Origin: a virus
Lineage: Duplodnaviria > Caudoviricetes
Strand: one strand, 5' to 3'
Virus record (IMG/VR): IMGVR_UViG_3300001528_000699
Coordinates: 1 to 64,000 of that record
DNA: 64,000 nt
Part shown: in pieces, positions 29,483 to 38,383 of the stretch
Position numbering within the stretch: position 1 is the stretch's first letter
How the letters are laid out: the number at the start of each line of letters is the position of its first letter
Notes under the pieces: generated by a model
Told to the model about the DNA's origin: nothing
The model's input: the letters and a program-made list of their open reading frames with translations, nothing else
Databases searched by the model: none
Translations under genes and position numbers: made by a program

Positions 29483-29845
29483 ATGAAACCGTTTAATTTA
29501 GAAGAAGCTAAAGCAGGTAAGCCTGTATGTACGAGGGATGGTAAGCCTGTTAGAATATTATGCTATGATCTTAAAGATAAGTATCCAATTGTTGTAATAC
29601 ATGAACTAGATGATGGCACAGAGTGCATTCTAACACATACGACTACTGGAAAAACACATCAAGATGAACAAAGTCCAACAGATTTATTTATGAAACCGGA
29701 GAAGAAAGAAGGTTGGATAAATATTTATAATCCATTTGTAGATTATCATACGGCATCTACTTATATTTATCAAACATTTGAAGATGCTTATAAAAGTAGA
29801 GCTTCTAATTATATTAGTACAATCAAAATAGAATGGGAGGAATAG
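29483..29845 (+). CDS. Hypothetical protein, paralog of 42497..42871
   Basis: GKPVCTRDG.PVRILCYD...IEWEE shared. Confidence 0.75.
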   Translation: MKPFNLEEAKAGKPVCTRDGKPVRILCYDLKDKYPIVVIHELDDGTECILTHTTTGKTHQDEQSPTDLFMKPEKKEGWINIYNPFVDYHTASTYIYQTFEDAYKSRASNYISTIKIEWEE

Positions 29846-29847
29846 AT

Positions 29848-30018
29848 ATGATCAAGTTAATTATTTTCATTATCGCTATCAACGCGTTGATAGCTTTCTG
29901 TGTTACCAGAATAGTAGCCAACAACAATATCGGAAAGGGTCAGAAAGTGGCGATCTGGGTTGGTGTGGCGTTTCTTATCGCCATGCTGGTGACAGGTATA
30001 GTTCATTTCATGAAATAA
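29848..30018 (+). CDS. Small 2-TM membrane protein
   Basis: Two hydrophobic helices. Confidence 0.6.
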   Translation: MIKLIIFIIAINALIAFCVTRIVANNNIGKGQKVAIWVGVAFLIAMLVTGIVHFMK

Positions 30019-30029
30019 AATTTGAGGTT

Positions 30030-30227
30030 ATGAAAGAGGAATTGAGAAAAATGATCGATGAGTTGAGTGACAAGGAAATCTGTGATATCGGTATTTGGGG
30101 AGGAATCGTGGACGCAAGCACGGAAACGGTTGAGGATATCCGGCATGACCTCTATAATATGTTTAAAAACGTGAAGGAATTTAAATCATGGTTAGATGAT
30201 AACGAGATTGATCCAAGTTGTTATTAA
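30030..30227 (+). CDS. Hypothetical protein
   Basis: ORF in operon. Confidence 0.55.
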   Translation: MKEELRKMIDELSDKEICDIGIWGGIVDASTETVEDIRHDLYNMFKNVKEFKSWLDDNEIDPSCY

Positions 30228-30238
30228 ATTTAAAAATT

Positions 30239-30622
30239 ATGAAAAAGTATAAATACACAGGAGAGTTCAAAGTCGAGGAAATGCCCTACGGCGAGTATTG
30301 CAGGTTGTATACAAAAGGTGAGGCACCGGGTGAAGAGGTCGCCGGTAATCCTATTTACCGGGTTGAATGGGAAGGAGGGGAAACGAATTGGTTCCTTGAG
30401 GATGAATTCGAAATGATGTTTGATTGCGTTGATACCTGGAACGATCGTCTCATCAATGAAAGAGATGAGCTAGAAGTGAAGGTGAACAAATTAAGAACTT
30501 TCGTGAACTCTAAAACTTTCGATCACGTTAGCGAGAAACAGAAGGGCTTGTTGAGGGAACAGCTCCATCACATGCAATGCTATCTCGATATTCTGAATGA
30601 TCGATTGGAGAGTAAAAGATAA
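30239..30622 (+). CDS. crAss001_48-like protein
   Basis: DRLINERDEL...KL..F...QKGLLREQLHHMQCYLDILNDR pattern. Confidence 0.6.
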   Translation: MKKYKYTGEFKVEEMPYGEYCRLYTKGEAPGEEVAGNPIYRVEWEGGETNWFLEDEFEMMFDCVDTWNDRLINERDELEVKVNKLRTFVNSKTFDHVSEKQKGLLREQLHHMQCYLDILNDRLESKR

Positions 30623-30694
30623 ATAAAATGAATCGATTTTTGTTAAAATGAGTACAAAAACGTAATTTCACACCCGGAACGCTAAAACAATTAT

Positions 30695-31966
30695 ATGGAA
30701 ATCGATGAATTAAGAGAAAAAATACGGGATAACCTGCCTGATTACATAAAAGGGCAGAAAGATGAGATCCAGGAGCACTACATCGAGTACGAGCTTATAA
30801 AAAGGTACTGGGAAACCCTCCCTGAGAGGTATTTTCACTTCACCAACAAACAGGGAAAAGAGTGCACGGTGGATACCACCGGCGTGAACGTGAGAATGGC
30901 AGTTAAGAAACAGGGTGGAACGGACGAGCAGGCGGATGAGGCCGTCGAGCACAGAAACACCTACGCCATGCCGGTTATACGCAAGTTATCCATTCATAAG
31001 AACCGGATAAAGGGGCTGTTTGGCTCGAAGTACAGCGTGGCGATAATGGAGAACGCGGATGAGATCATAGATCTCTTCGCTCAGTTCTACACCACGCAGG
31101 ATATAATCTCAGTTCTGAAGGTGAAGAAAGGGTACACGGTGTCCACTAGCTTGCTGAAGATCTTCTACCAGGATAACCGGGAAACGATAGAGAGGAGAAG
31201 GTTGAAGTTCATCGATTCCAAGAAAGATTTCTTCATAGCGACGGAGGCGGGTAGGTTGCAGGTTCTCAACGAGTTGCTTCTGAATTGGAGGATGCGGTTC
31301 GATCATGAAGGAAAACTTTCATACTCGGCCGAGATCCGGAAAGTTCTGGAACAGGCGAGAAAGGAATGTAAGGGAGAACAGCTCTTCCTAACCGTGGATG
31401 GTAAGATAGATATCAACGCCATGATACACGGACAGGACAACATCGCCGAAGCACTTCAGAAACTTCCTATAAACATGATAGTTATAGGGTTGGTCGCGGC
31501 CAAGGCGGGTGTAAATCCGGCTTCCATCATGGGCCAGCTCGCGTCATCCTACTACAAGGATCATAACGGATACAACAAGAACTTTCTGGACGGTCAGAAT
31601 ATCCAGTTACCGGGTAATATAATCCGTAACATGTCGTGGGAAGAACTGGGTGAGAAATCGAGATTGAAGGTGAATGAAATTGAACCCATAACGGATGCTA
31701 TCGTGGTGGAAGAGAACGAACTACCTAAAGTCGAGGAAGGACGTGGTAAGTTATTGGAGATGCTTCGTCGCGGTATGTCATCCACCGATCTGGCACGGGA
31801 AAAGAAGATAATCGAGGTGAACGAGGTTACCAAGCGAAGGTACGCCAAGAGAGGGGATCTAACGGAAGAGGAGAAGAAAGAGAAGTGGAGGGAGTACCGT
31901 CGCCAGAGATATCACCTTCAGAAGAAGAAAAAAGAGGACGAGGAGAAGAAAGGTGATGAGTCATAG
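30695..31966 (+). CDS. Possible terminase small subunit (DUF2280-like core)
   Basis: F.YTTQDI...R..F...IA..AGRLQVL...VLEQARKE.KG pattern; basic C-tail. Confidence 0.45.
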   Translation: MEIDELREKIRDNLPDYIKGQKDEIQEHYIEYELIKRYWETLPERYFHFTNKQGKECTVDTTGVNVRMAVKKQGGTDEQADEAVEHRNTYAMPVIRKLSIHKNRIKGLFGSKYSVAIMENADEIIDLFAQFYTTQDIISVLKVKKGYTVSTSLLKIFYQDNRETIERRRLKFIDSKKDFFIATEAGRLQVLNELLLNWRMRFDHEGKLSYSAEIRKVLEQARKECKGEQLFLTVDGKIDINAMIHGQDNIAEALQKLPINMIVIGLVAAKAGVNPASIMGQLASSYYKDHNGYNKNFLDGQNIQLPGNIIRNMSWEELGEKSRLKVNEIEPITDAIVVEENELPKVEEGRGKLLEMLRRGMSSTDLAREKKIIEVNEVTKRRYAKRGDLTEEEKKEKWREYRRQRYHLQKKKKEDEEKKGDES

Positions 31967-32075
31967 ATCTGTTATAACTGATTCATCCCTCTAATCAACA
32001 TAAATTATCGGATAAAGAAAAAGAATCGGTTATAACAAGTTTAAACAAAAATAATTCGTATATTTACATATTGAA

Positions 32076-32351
32076 ATGGAAGAGATCATGAAAAAGAAGA
32101 TATTGATAAGAAAATCAGCGATATTCGGAGTGGAACTCAGATCATCCATCCAAGCGAGGAAATGGTGGCAGAAGAACGAACCTTGCAGGGTTCTACTTTA
32201 CGTTACGGGGTTGGATGAACCCGCCTCCTATTCATTCTTGAGCGACGAGAAAGGTAACGCTTTCTACGAGGAAGTGAAGACTTGGTTGAACGACGACGCT
32301 TACCCGGCGATGGCCGATATAAACGGGATAATATCTGACATAATGCGTTGA
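32076..32351 (+). CDS. Hypothetical protein
   Basis: ORF after a TATATTTA box at ~32059. Confidence 0.6.
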   Translation: MEEIMKKKILIRKSAIFGVELRSSIQARKWWQKNEPCRVLLYVTGLDEPASYSFLSDEKGNAFYEEVKTWLNDDAYPAMADINGIISDIMR

Positions 32352-32480
32352 TATATAAAGATATAATGTTTGCTTTTTAAATGTTGATTATTGTTTGAAT
32401 TAATTCAAGGCGCCGGAATACCCGAGACGGGACGCGCCTTTCAGTTTTCATTACTCATTTATTTTTAGTTAAACAATCGT

Positions 32481-32511
32481 TGGAGGGGAGTGACCGCTTT
32501 CCTCCATTTTT
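32481..32511 (+). terminator. Intrinsic terminator
   Basis: TGGAGGGGAG/CTTTCCTCCA plus Ts. Confidence 0.65.
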
Positions 32512-32534
32512 ATTCAAGAAAAATGATCAATTTG

Positions 32535-32606
32535 GTTGGATAATTCATAAACATAGTGTATCTTTATCGTGTTGAAAATAAATGATAAACTTAAAAACAA
32601 GGAATT
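32535..32606 (+). promoter_or_regulatory. Promoter cassette, second subtype
   Basis: Upstream half matches 3966-4011; 32558-32601 matches 35448-35491. Confidence 0.8.
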
Positions 32607-32996
32607 ATGAAAGGGAATGTTTTCAAGGAGATTTACCCGATCGTGATAGAACGTGATAACGAGGGCAACGTTATTGGACGTGAGTTAGGTAATGAAAGAA
32701 ATGTATGCTACGTACCGAGAGTCGGCGAAGTGATATCACTCGATACACTTGATTTTTACATAGATAATGAAGGTGATTACGAGAGATGTGAGGATGGGAG
32801 AGTAAGAGTGCGAGACGTTGAGTTTTACAGGGTTCTCGCCGTTGTTCATGAAGAGACGGAAGATGAGAGAGGTTCGCTCGGTTATTGTACGAATATAATC
32901 ATCGAGAAAATCAAAGGCAACGAGGTGAAATTCCTCTCGGATTGTATGTATGAAAATTATGAATATTTTGTTGAACCCAAAAATTTTGAGGATTAA
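32607..32996 (+). CDS. Hypothetical protein
   Basis: ORF directly after promoter cassette. Confidence 0.65.
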   Translation: MKGNVFKEIYPIVIERDNEGNVIGRELGNERNVCYVPRVGEVISLDTLDFYIDNEGDYERCEDGRVRVRDVEFYRVLAVVHEETEDERGSLGYCTNIIIEKIKGNEVKFLSDCMYENYEYFVEPKNFED

Positions 32997-33004
32997 TTTT
33001 AGAT

Positions 33005-33214
33005 ATGAAAGCGATTATTAACATAGTGATAATAATACTCGTACTTCTATGGGTGCTGATGGTAACGATCTATGCCTGGGTGGTGGAATGTTTCAAGAAG
33101 AACCACCCTGTTTGCCCTAGATGCAAGAGTAGAAGAACGTACCGGATAAAATGGATGGAAATGTTTCATTGCGAGGATTGTAACCTAAATTTTGACGGCA
33201 ATGAGAAGCGTTAA
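33005..33214 (+). CDS. Small membrane-anchored zinc-ribbon protein
   Basis: N-terminal TM, CPRC and CEDC. Confidence 0.6.
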   Translation: MKAIINIVIIILVLLWVLMVTIYAWVVECFKKNHPVCPRCKSRRTYRIKWMEMFHCEDCNLNFDGNEKR

Positions 33215-34109
33215 GATCTGGACTGACGGTTCCGCCACCGTCAAGGATGACAGAAGGGGTGGTAGCGGGGTATACATGAAATGGGATGACGGGGTGGAGG
33301 TCATGCTATCGAAAGGTTGGAGGAACACCAAGACGGGGAGGGCTGAGATTCACGCTTTCCTTCTAGCCTTGAAACAGCTCAGGGATGAACCTATCTCGGC
33401 TACCTTCTACATGGATTCAGAGTACGTTATGAAGAGCGTTATCGAGTACATGCCCAAGTGGTTGGAGAATAACTGGATGGGTTACGCGGGACCGGTAAAG
33501 AACAAGGATTTGTGGCTTCAGGTTCTCAAGGAGCTGGACCGAACCCCTAAAGTTCTGAAGAGCTACGTTCATGTTAAAGGGCATCAGGATAGGATGGATG
33601 ATGAAACCGCTTTCGGTAACTCGGTTGCCGATCATCTAGCTAATTACAAAACGCAAGCGAGCTGGGAGGATGACATGCCAGTTAGCGAGGGAAAGAAATT
33701 GAAAGATTACTACATCTACTCTCCCGCACGGAAAGAGATCTATATAGGGAAGGTAAGGCAAGGAGATGATGATGTGATGGTGGGAGTCGTCGTGAACGAA
33801 GGAATGGAAGAGGTTGATATGCTGGTTAACGCCGCTTCCATGAATGATATCATTGATCCCTTCTATACCTATCGAGGAAGGAAGGGTCCGTCAAGAGAGA
33901 TGGTATATTACATTCATTATCCATCACGCACCTATTTCGTGGATGAAAAGTACAAAGATTTCAAGGATGATAAAGGTGACGTGTATATCGTTGGTCCATG
34001 CTACGAATCAACCGAGAAGGAGTTGGAAGAGTTGCTTTTAAGGGATCACCCGCCTCTTCATCGCACGTTTAAAAATTATAAATTAAGAGAGGAGATCCGA
34101 GTATCTTAA
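33201..34109 (+). CDS. rnhA: Ribonuclease HI with C-terminal extension
   Basis: WTDGS, RAEI, MDSEYV, VKNKDLW, HVKGH, GNSVADHLA. Confidence 0.9.
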   Translation: MRSVKIWTDGSATVKDDRRGGSGVYMKWDDGVEVMLSKGWRNTKTGRAEIHAFLLALKQLRDEPISATFYMDSEYVMKSVIEYMPKWLENNWMGYAGPVKNKDLWLQVLKELDRTPKVLKSYVHVKGHQDRMDDETAFGNSVADHLANYKTQASWEDDMPVSEGKKLKDYYIYSPARKEIYIGKVRQGDDDVMVGVVVNEGMEEVDMLVNAASMNDIIDPFYTYRGRKGPSREMVYYIHYPSRTYFVDEKYKDFKDDKGDVYIVGPCYESTEKELEELLLRDHPPLHRTFKNYKLREEIRVS

Positions 34110-34273
34110 AAAGAATTAATTTTAGAGATGAACCACGCTATTTTCACGGAAAATAACAGAAAATACAACCTGTTGATAATGAAGAGGGGAGTGTCAAAAT
34201 TCCACCAAGGTTTTATCCTTGAAAATAGAACGGGTACGAAATGATTTTATATTTACCATAATAATTGAATGAT

Positions 34274-34435
34274 ATGAAACGAATGATAAGATTTTTCTAC
34301 ATGATATGCTTCTTACCGGTGGTTTGTTTGAGCGTTTTAATCTGGATGGTATCGTATATCTGGAACGGCAAGGAATCGAATCTGGGGCCGTACGATATAG
34401 CTGACATGATTCATGATTATCTGGAAAAGGAATAA
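34274..34435 (+). CDS. Small membrane protein (53 aa, not in ORF track)
   Basis: MKRMIRFFYMICFLPVVCLSVLIWMVSYIW...; preceded by a TATATTTA box. Confidence 0.5.
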   Translation: MKRMIRFFYMICFLPVVCLSVLIWMVSYIWNGKESNLGPYDIADMIHDYLEKE

Positions 34436-34440
34436 CTTTA

Positions 34441-34549
34441 AGATTTTTACCCAAACTTTTCTCCGTTTCCTGTTGTACATTGATAAACTTTGTGTATCTT
34501 TACAGTGTTGAAAATGATGTATAACTAAAAACAATAAGAGATATGAAAG
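34441..34549 (+). repeat. Promoter cassette repeat, copy 3
   Basis: 70 bp identical to 27631-27700. Confidence 0.9.
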
Positions 34550-34794
34550 CACAAATTGAAAACAGAATCGAGAACGCGACATTAGAAGGAATGGAAGCTT
34601 TTGTTAGCTTGTTAAATGATATCCAGGATTGCAAGAACGGGGAAGAGTTAAGAGAGAAATTTTCTGATAAGAATGAGAATGTTGCTTTGTATATTAACTT
34701 CTTCGTGGTGGGATTCGGTAAGAGGCATATGTGGGTGAAAGAAATCGTGAACGGAGAGATATCCGATAAGAGATTGATCCTCGTTGAATTTTAA
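34543..34794 (+). CDS. Early hypothetical protein
   Basis: ORF starting inside the cassette. Confidence 0.7.
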   Translation: MKAQIENRIENATLEGMEAFVSLLNDIQDCKNGEELREKFSDKNENVALYINFFVVGFGKRHMWVKEIVNGEISDKRLILVEF

Positions 34795-34874
34795 AATTTT
34801 TCCATGTATTAAACAAATCTTGAAAGGGATTATATATTATATATATAATTCCTTTCACCCTAAAAAGAAAAGTT

Positions 34875-35084
34875 ATGAATAACGAGAAAAAGATAGGTGA
34901 GAGATTCCTGTACGGCAGGAAAAGATTGCATCTGGTGGTCCTGGAAAAGGAAGGATGCAAGGAATGCTTCCTAAAGGATGGATCGTACGCCGATTGCTGT
35001 AAGGCGATGAAACATATAGGTCCGTGTGAGGCCTCGATGAGAAAGGATAGAAAGGGAGTTATTTTTAAACTGCTGGAGGGATGA
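34875..35084 (+). CDS. Small Cys-rich hypothetical protein
   Basis: GCKECFL...C...R.D.KGVIFK. Confidence 0.6.
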   Translation: MNNEKKIGERFLYGRKRLHLVVLEKEGCKECFLKDGSYADCCKAMKHIGPCEASMRKDRKGVIFKLLEG

Positions 35085-35419
35085 CGGAGCGCGTATCATT
35101 ATCGGAAAGGACCGAGCTCCTCTACCTAAGAGAAAGGGTCAGGGAGCTGGAAGCGGACAATTCCATGCTCCAGGAAAAGGTCAAGGAAATGACGCGTCAA
35201 ATATCGTTTTTAACGCAGGAAGAGGTAAATTATAATGATTTACACGGGGATGGGGGAAAAAACGAGAATACACAGCTCTATCACATGCTAAAAAGAGAAT
35301 TTGACGGTAGGATCTTTCTCGCCATAGAGGAAGGTGGAAGAATCAGAATCCCGGAAACCAAGGAGGAAATCAGGGGCATGAACCTCCTAGAAGGTTACGG
35401 GTACGAAATTTTGTCATGA
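35081..35419 (+). CDS. Hypothetical coiled-coil protein
   Basis: ORF overlapping the previous stop. Confidence 0.6.
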   Translation: MTERVSLSERTELLYLRERVRELEADNSMLQEKVKEMTRQISFLTQEEVNYNDLHGDGGKNENTQLYHMLKREFDGRIFLAIEEGGRIRIPETKEEIRGMNLLEGYGYEILS

Positions 35420-35434
35420 AAAGGCGAGGATATT

Positions 35435-35496
35435 TGATAAACAAGTTGTATCTTTATCGTGTTGAAAATAAATGATAAACTTAAAAACAAGAGATT
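35435..35496 (+). promoter_or_regulatory. Promoter cassette, second subtype
   Basis: 44 bp shared with 32558-32601. Confidence 0.8.
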
Positions 35497-35658
35497 ATGA
35501 AAACGAAAATATTCATGGCGATCGCCTCATTTTTCACCTCCGCTCAATGTGTACGTCCCATGTTCTACGAGGAACCCAATTACGATCTATGGTGGATGGC
35601 GATAGTGTTCTTTTTATTGGGGTTAGGGTTATGGGTGAACAGGAAAACCAAGTTATAA
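35497..35658 (+). CDS. Small membrane protein (53 aa, not in ORF track)
   Basis: ATG at the cassette's usual start position; MKTKIFMAIASFFTSAQC...WWMAIVFFLLGLGLWV. Confidence 0.65.
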   Translation: MKTKIFMAIASFFTSAQCVRPMFYEEPNYDLWWMAIVFFLLGLGLWVNRKTKL

Positions 35659-35667
35659 GATACAGGC

Positions 35668-35898
35668 ATGGAAAAGAGAAATAACATCATGTTTATTCAG
35701 GTAGGAGGGTTGAGAGTTAGAGTGTCCTCGATTCTCTCCTATCAGATGGAAGAGTATAAACACATGGAAGATCGCTCTTTGAGATTCGCCATAAAAGTGG
35801 TAACTTCACGGTCCTCTTTCACGGTGAAGGTTAGGAGCGAGGACGAGGGGTTGAAGATACTGGAAGAGTTAGATAACGTTTTGGTGTTAAACAGATAA
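35668..35898 (+). CDS. Hypothetical protein
   Basis: ORF in operon. Confidence 0.6.
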   Translation: MEKRNNIMFIQVGGLRVRVSSILSYQMEEYKHMEDRSLRFAIKVVTSRSSFTVKVRSEDEGLKILEELDNVLVLNR

Positions 35899-35910
35899 AA
35901 ATTAGGAACG

Positions 35911-36498
35911 ATGAAATTGAAAGAGTTCGTGGATAAGGGAGGGGTTGTCGCCCTCAACAACGCGGGAGAATTACAGGAGGTGGTACGGTATTCGGAGAAG
36001 GTGGGATACCCTGTGGCGAAACAGTATACCTGTAGCGGTAATTACCCGTTCTTTTTCCGGGTACGGGACGGGGTGGTACTGACGAAGGAAGGGGTGAAGG
36101 ATAACGGGTTGATCATATCAACCAAGGAGTTCACCTCTAACGTGGAGATGGTCCTTCAGGAGGTAAAAGAGAATAAAGGGGAGACTGTGTACGTTAAATG
36201 CGGTAATGAGAAAGAGATGAATGAATGTTCTCTTTACTTCACCAGGATAACGGGATCGCCATCACCCAAACAATGCTATACGGGCGCCATGCCTTACTTT
36301 AACCTTCAGAACGGGTACATCTACCCTTCTTATTGCCTGGAAAAAGAGAGCAAGGTGATATCATTCACCGATTTTCGGTGTACCTTCCAACAACCCTCTA
36401 ACGGCAAGAAGAATTTGGTTGCGGTACTGGACAAGATTGACAGCATCATGAAAGGGCTGTACGAGTTGAAGAAAATGATCGAGCAGGAGGCTCGATAG
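35911..36498 (+). CDS. Hypothetical protein
   Basis: ORF in operon. Confidence 0.65.
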   Translation: MKLKEFVDKGGVVALNNAGELQEVVRYSEKVGYPVAKQYTCSGNYPFFFRVRDGVVLTKEGVKDNGLIISTKEFTSNVEMVLQEVKENKGETVYVKCGNEKEMNECSLYFTRITGSPSPKQCYTGAMPYFNLQNGYIYPSYCLEKESKVISFTDFRCTFQQPSNGKKNLVAVLDKIDSIMKGLYELKKMIEQEAR

Positions 36499-36529
36499 AT
36501 TAACATAAACCAATTTAAATTTTAAAAAC

Positions 36530-36811
36530 ATGAAAAGAGAAGAGCTAGAACGGTTAAAAGCGCACATCGAAGGTAACGCTAACTTCATCAGTTTAGGGTA
36601 CGAGTTCGCGAAGAACATGATCATCGATCAGGTACTGGAGGAGAAGAGAAACCAGATGCAGAACCAGTACGATTTCTCCCGTTTCAAGGACGTGATCGTT
36701 AACAGCGTGTTGCAACAGGAACTGAAACGTAACCCGCTTGAAGAGGAAGTGAAAGAAGGTCCGTCTATCAAACCGGCTGACAAGGAAGTTAAAGAAGGAC
36801 CCGCTAAATAA
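36530..36811 (+). CDS. Hypothetical protein
   Basis: ORF; EVKEGP repeated twice at the C-terminus. Confidence 0.6.
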   Translation: MKREELERLKAHIEGNANFISLGYEFAKNMIIDQVLEEKRNQMQNQYDFSRFKDVIVNSVLQQELKRNPLEEEVKEGPSIKPADKEVKEGPAK

Positions 36812-36830
36812 AGGAAAGGGAGGATAGATC

Positions 36831-37253
36831 ATGTATTACGAGGTTAAGGTCAAGTTCCCGGAAGTGAACGATGTGGGCGAGGTGAAGGAGGTTAACCGTT
36901 CCTTCCTCATTGACGCGATGAGCTTCACGGAAGCGGAAACGAGAATGATCGAGGTGGCACGCGATAGAGATTTCAACGATCTCACCATCAAGGCGATCAC
37001 CTATTCCAGGATCAACAAGGTGATAAACGAGGTAGAAGGTGATGACAAGAAATTCTTCAACGTCACCGTCACTTACATCGAGGAAACGGATGAGGGTAAG
37101 AAGAAGAATTACCACCTCTATTACCTGGTGAGAGCCGGGGTTCCGGAAGAAACCGTCCCCTTTATCGATCAGGATTGGGCAGGTTCAACCATCGAGTGGA
37201 AGGTAACCCAGATCAAGGAATCACCTATCGTGGAGGTGATCGAGCACGAATGA
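36831..37253 (+). CDS. DUF4494-like protein (Bacteroidota family)
   Basis: YEVKVK...KEV..SFLIDAMSFTEAE.R...KFF...I.E...GK.K...YLV.A. Confidence 0.7.
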   Translation: MYYEVKVKFPEVNDVGEVKEVNRSFLIDAMSFTEAETRMIEVARDRDFNDLTIKAITYSRINKVINEVEGDDKKFFNVTVTYIEETDEGKKKNYHLYYLVRAGVPEETVPFIDQDWAGSTIEWKVTQIKESPIVEVIEHE

Positions 37254-37295
37254 TAAATTAAACCACTATTCTTTTTTAATTCATAATTACATTTG

Positions 37296-37329
37296 ATAGA
37301 GGGTTGGGGTGATCCCGCCCTCTATTTTT
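37296..37329 (+). terminator. Intrinsic terminator
   Basis: ATAGAGGG/CCCTCTAT plus Ts. Confidence 0.7.
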
Positions 37330-37375
37330 ATTCCTTGATATTTTGTGAATACATAAATAAAGTGTATATTTACAT

Positions 37376-37470
37376 CGACAATGTTTGGTATTCATAAAAT
37401 GTGTAGATTTAGTGACCTGTCGAGATGATAGATAGCGAGAAAGGGAGATGGAAAATTCTCCCTTTTTATT
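37376..37470 (+). ncRNA. Candidate small RNA (promoter-to-terminator unit without ORF)
   Basis: TAAAT-N4-TG-TATATTTA at 37354-37372 and terminator AAGGGAGA/TCTCCCTT at 37441-37470. Confidence 0.4.
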
Positions 37471-37685
37471 TTGAAAATAAACAATATGTCCTTATCTTTA
37501 CAATCATGTAAAGAACAATTAACTCAGTCCCGGTGTCGCGGGTTCTGGTCCTTTTTTAATTCACACGCTAATAACACATCTCCGCGTTTTCAATTCTTCT
37601 CCCGCGACACCATTCTTTTTCACCTTCATTTTGATAATCGATCATTTTTCATTACCTTTCCATCGAAAATGTAAAAAGAAACGTC

Positions 37686-38162
37686 ATGGAATCTAATGAA
37701 TTAAGAAACTTGATCGAGGAAGTACTGGGTAAACTCGCCACCCTTCCATCTTACCCTACCATAAATCGAAAAGAAGCGGTGGAGTTGTTGATGGGTACGT
37801 GCGCACAAGAAAGCCATCTCGGAAAGTATCGGAAACAGATAGGGGGCGGTCCGGCTCTAGGTATTTACCAGATGGAACCGGCAACTTTCGATGACATAGT
37901 GAAAAATTACCTATCCTCGAAACCTGTTCTGAAAGAGAAAATAATGGAGGTGAGCGGGGTGACGGAACTTAACTCGAAAGACCTCGTTAACAATGATCGT
38001 TTATCCACCTGCATGGCGAGGGTTCATTATTTAAGAGTGAGGGAGGGGATCCCCTCTAGCTTAGATGGACAGGCTCGTTATTACAAGAAATATTACAATA
38101 CCTATTTAGGTGCCGCAACGGAAGAAGAATATAAGTCTAATTATAAAAAACTGGTGATATGA
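37686..38162 (+). CDS. Endolysin (lysozyme-like fold)
   Basis: GTCAQES.LG...GGGPALGIYQMEPAT...ARVHY...YYKKYYNT. Confidence 0.7.
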   Translation: MESNELRNLIEEVLGKLATLPSYPTINRKEAVELLMGTCAQESHLGKYRKQIGGGPALGIYQMEPATFDDIVKNYLSSKPVLKEKIMEVSGVTELNSKDLVNNDRLSTCMARVHYLRVREGIPSSLDGQARYYKKYYNTYLGAATEEEYKSNYKKLVI

Positions 38163-38371
38163 AATATTTAATCGATTTTCTTAAAAGTGAAGGTTTTCTC
38201 TGTTTACTGATCACCTTCCTTGTTTGCGCTTTCCTGGGTGCCTGGACCGGCTTGGTCGCGACCCTTATCATGTGGATCTGTAACATGGGGTACACCGCCC
38301 GTTTCTCTCTCTATAACGCCATAGGGTTCGGTTGCGGGTACGCTTTATCCTTGTTTCAAAAATTAATCTAA
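38159..38371 (+). CDS. Small membrane protein, holin candidate
   Basis: 2-3 TM helices; overlaps the endolysin stop. Confidence 0.45.
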   Translation: MKYLIDFLKSEGFLCLLITFLVCAFLGAWTGLVATLIMWICNMGYTARFSLYNAIGFGCGYALSLFQKLI

Positions 38372-38383
38372 AATTTAAACGAT

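Noticed and set aside
35472-35684. Track ORF of 70 aa
   Set aside because: Starts within the promoter leader; the 35497..35658 frame has the cassette-typical start and a coherent membrane protein
37255-37295. T-rich CAT tract as another antisense-to-start element
   Set aside because: The reverse complement gives ATG AAT TAA (immediate stop), so it does not mimic a real gene start
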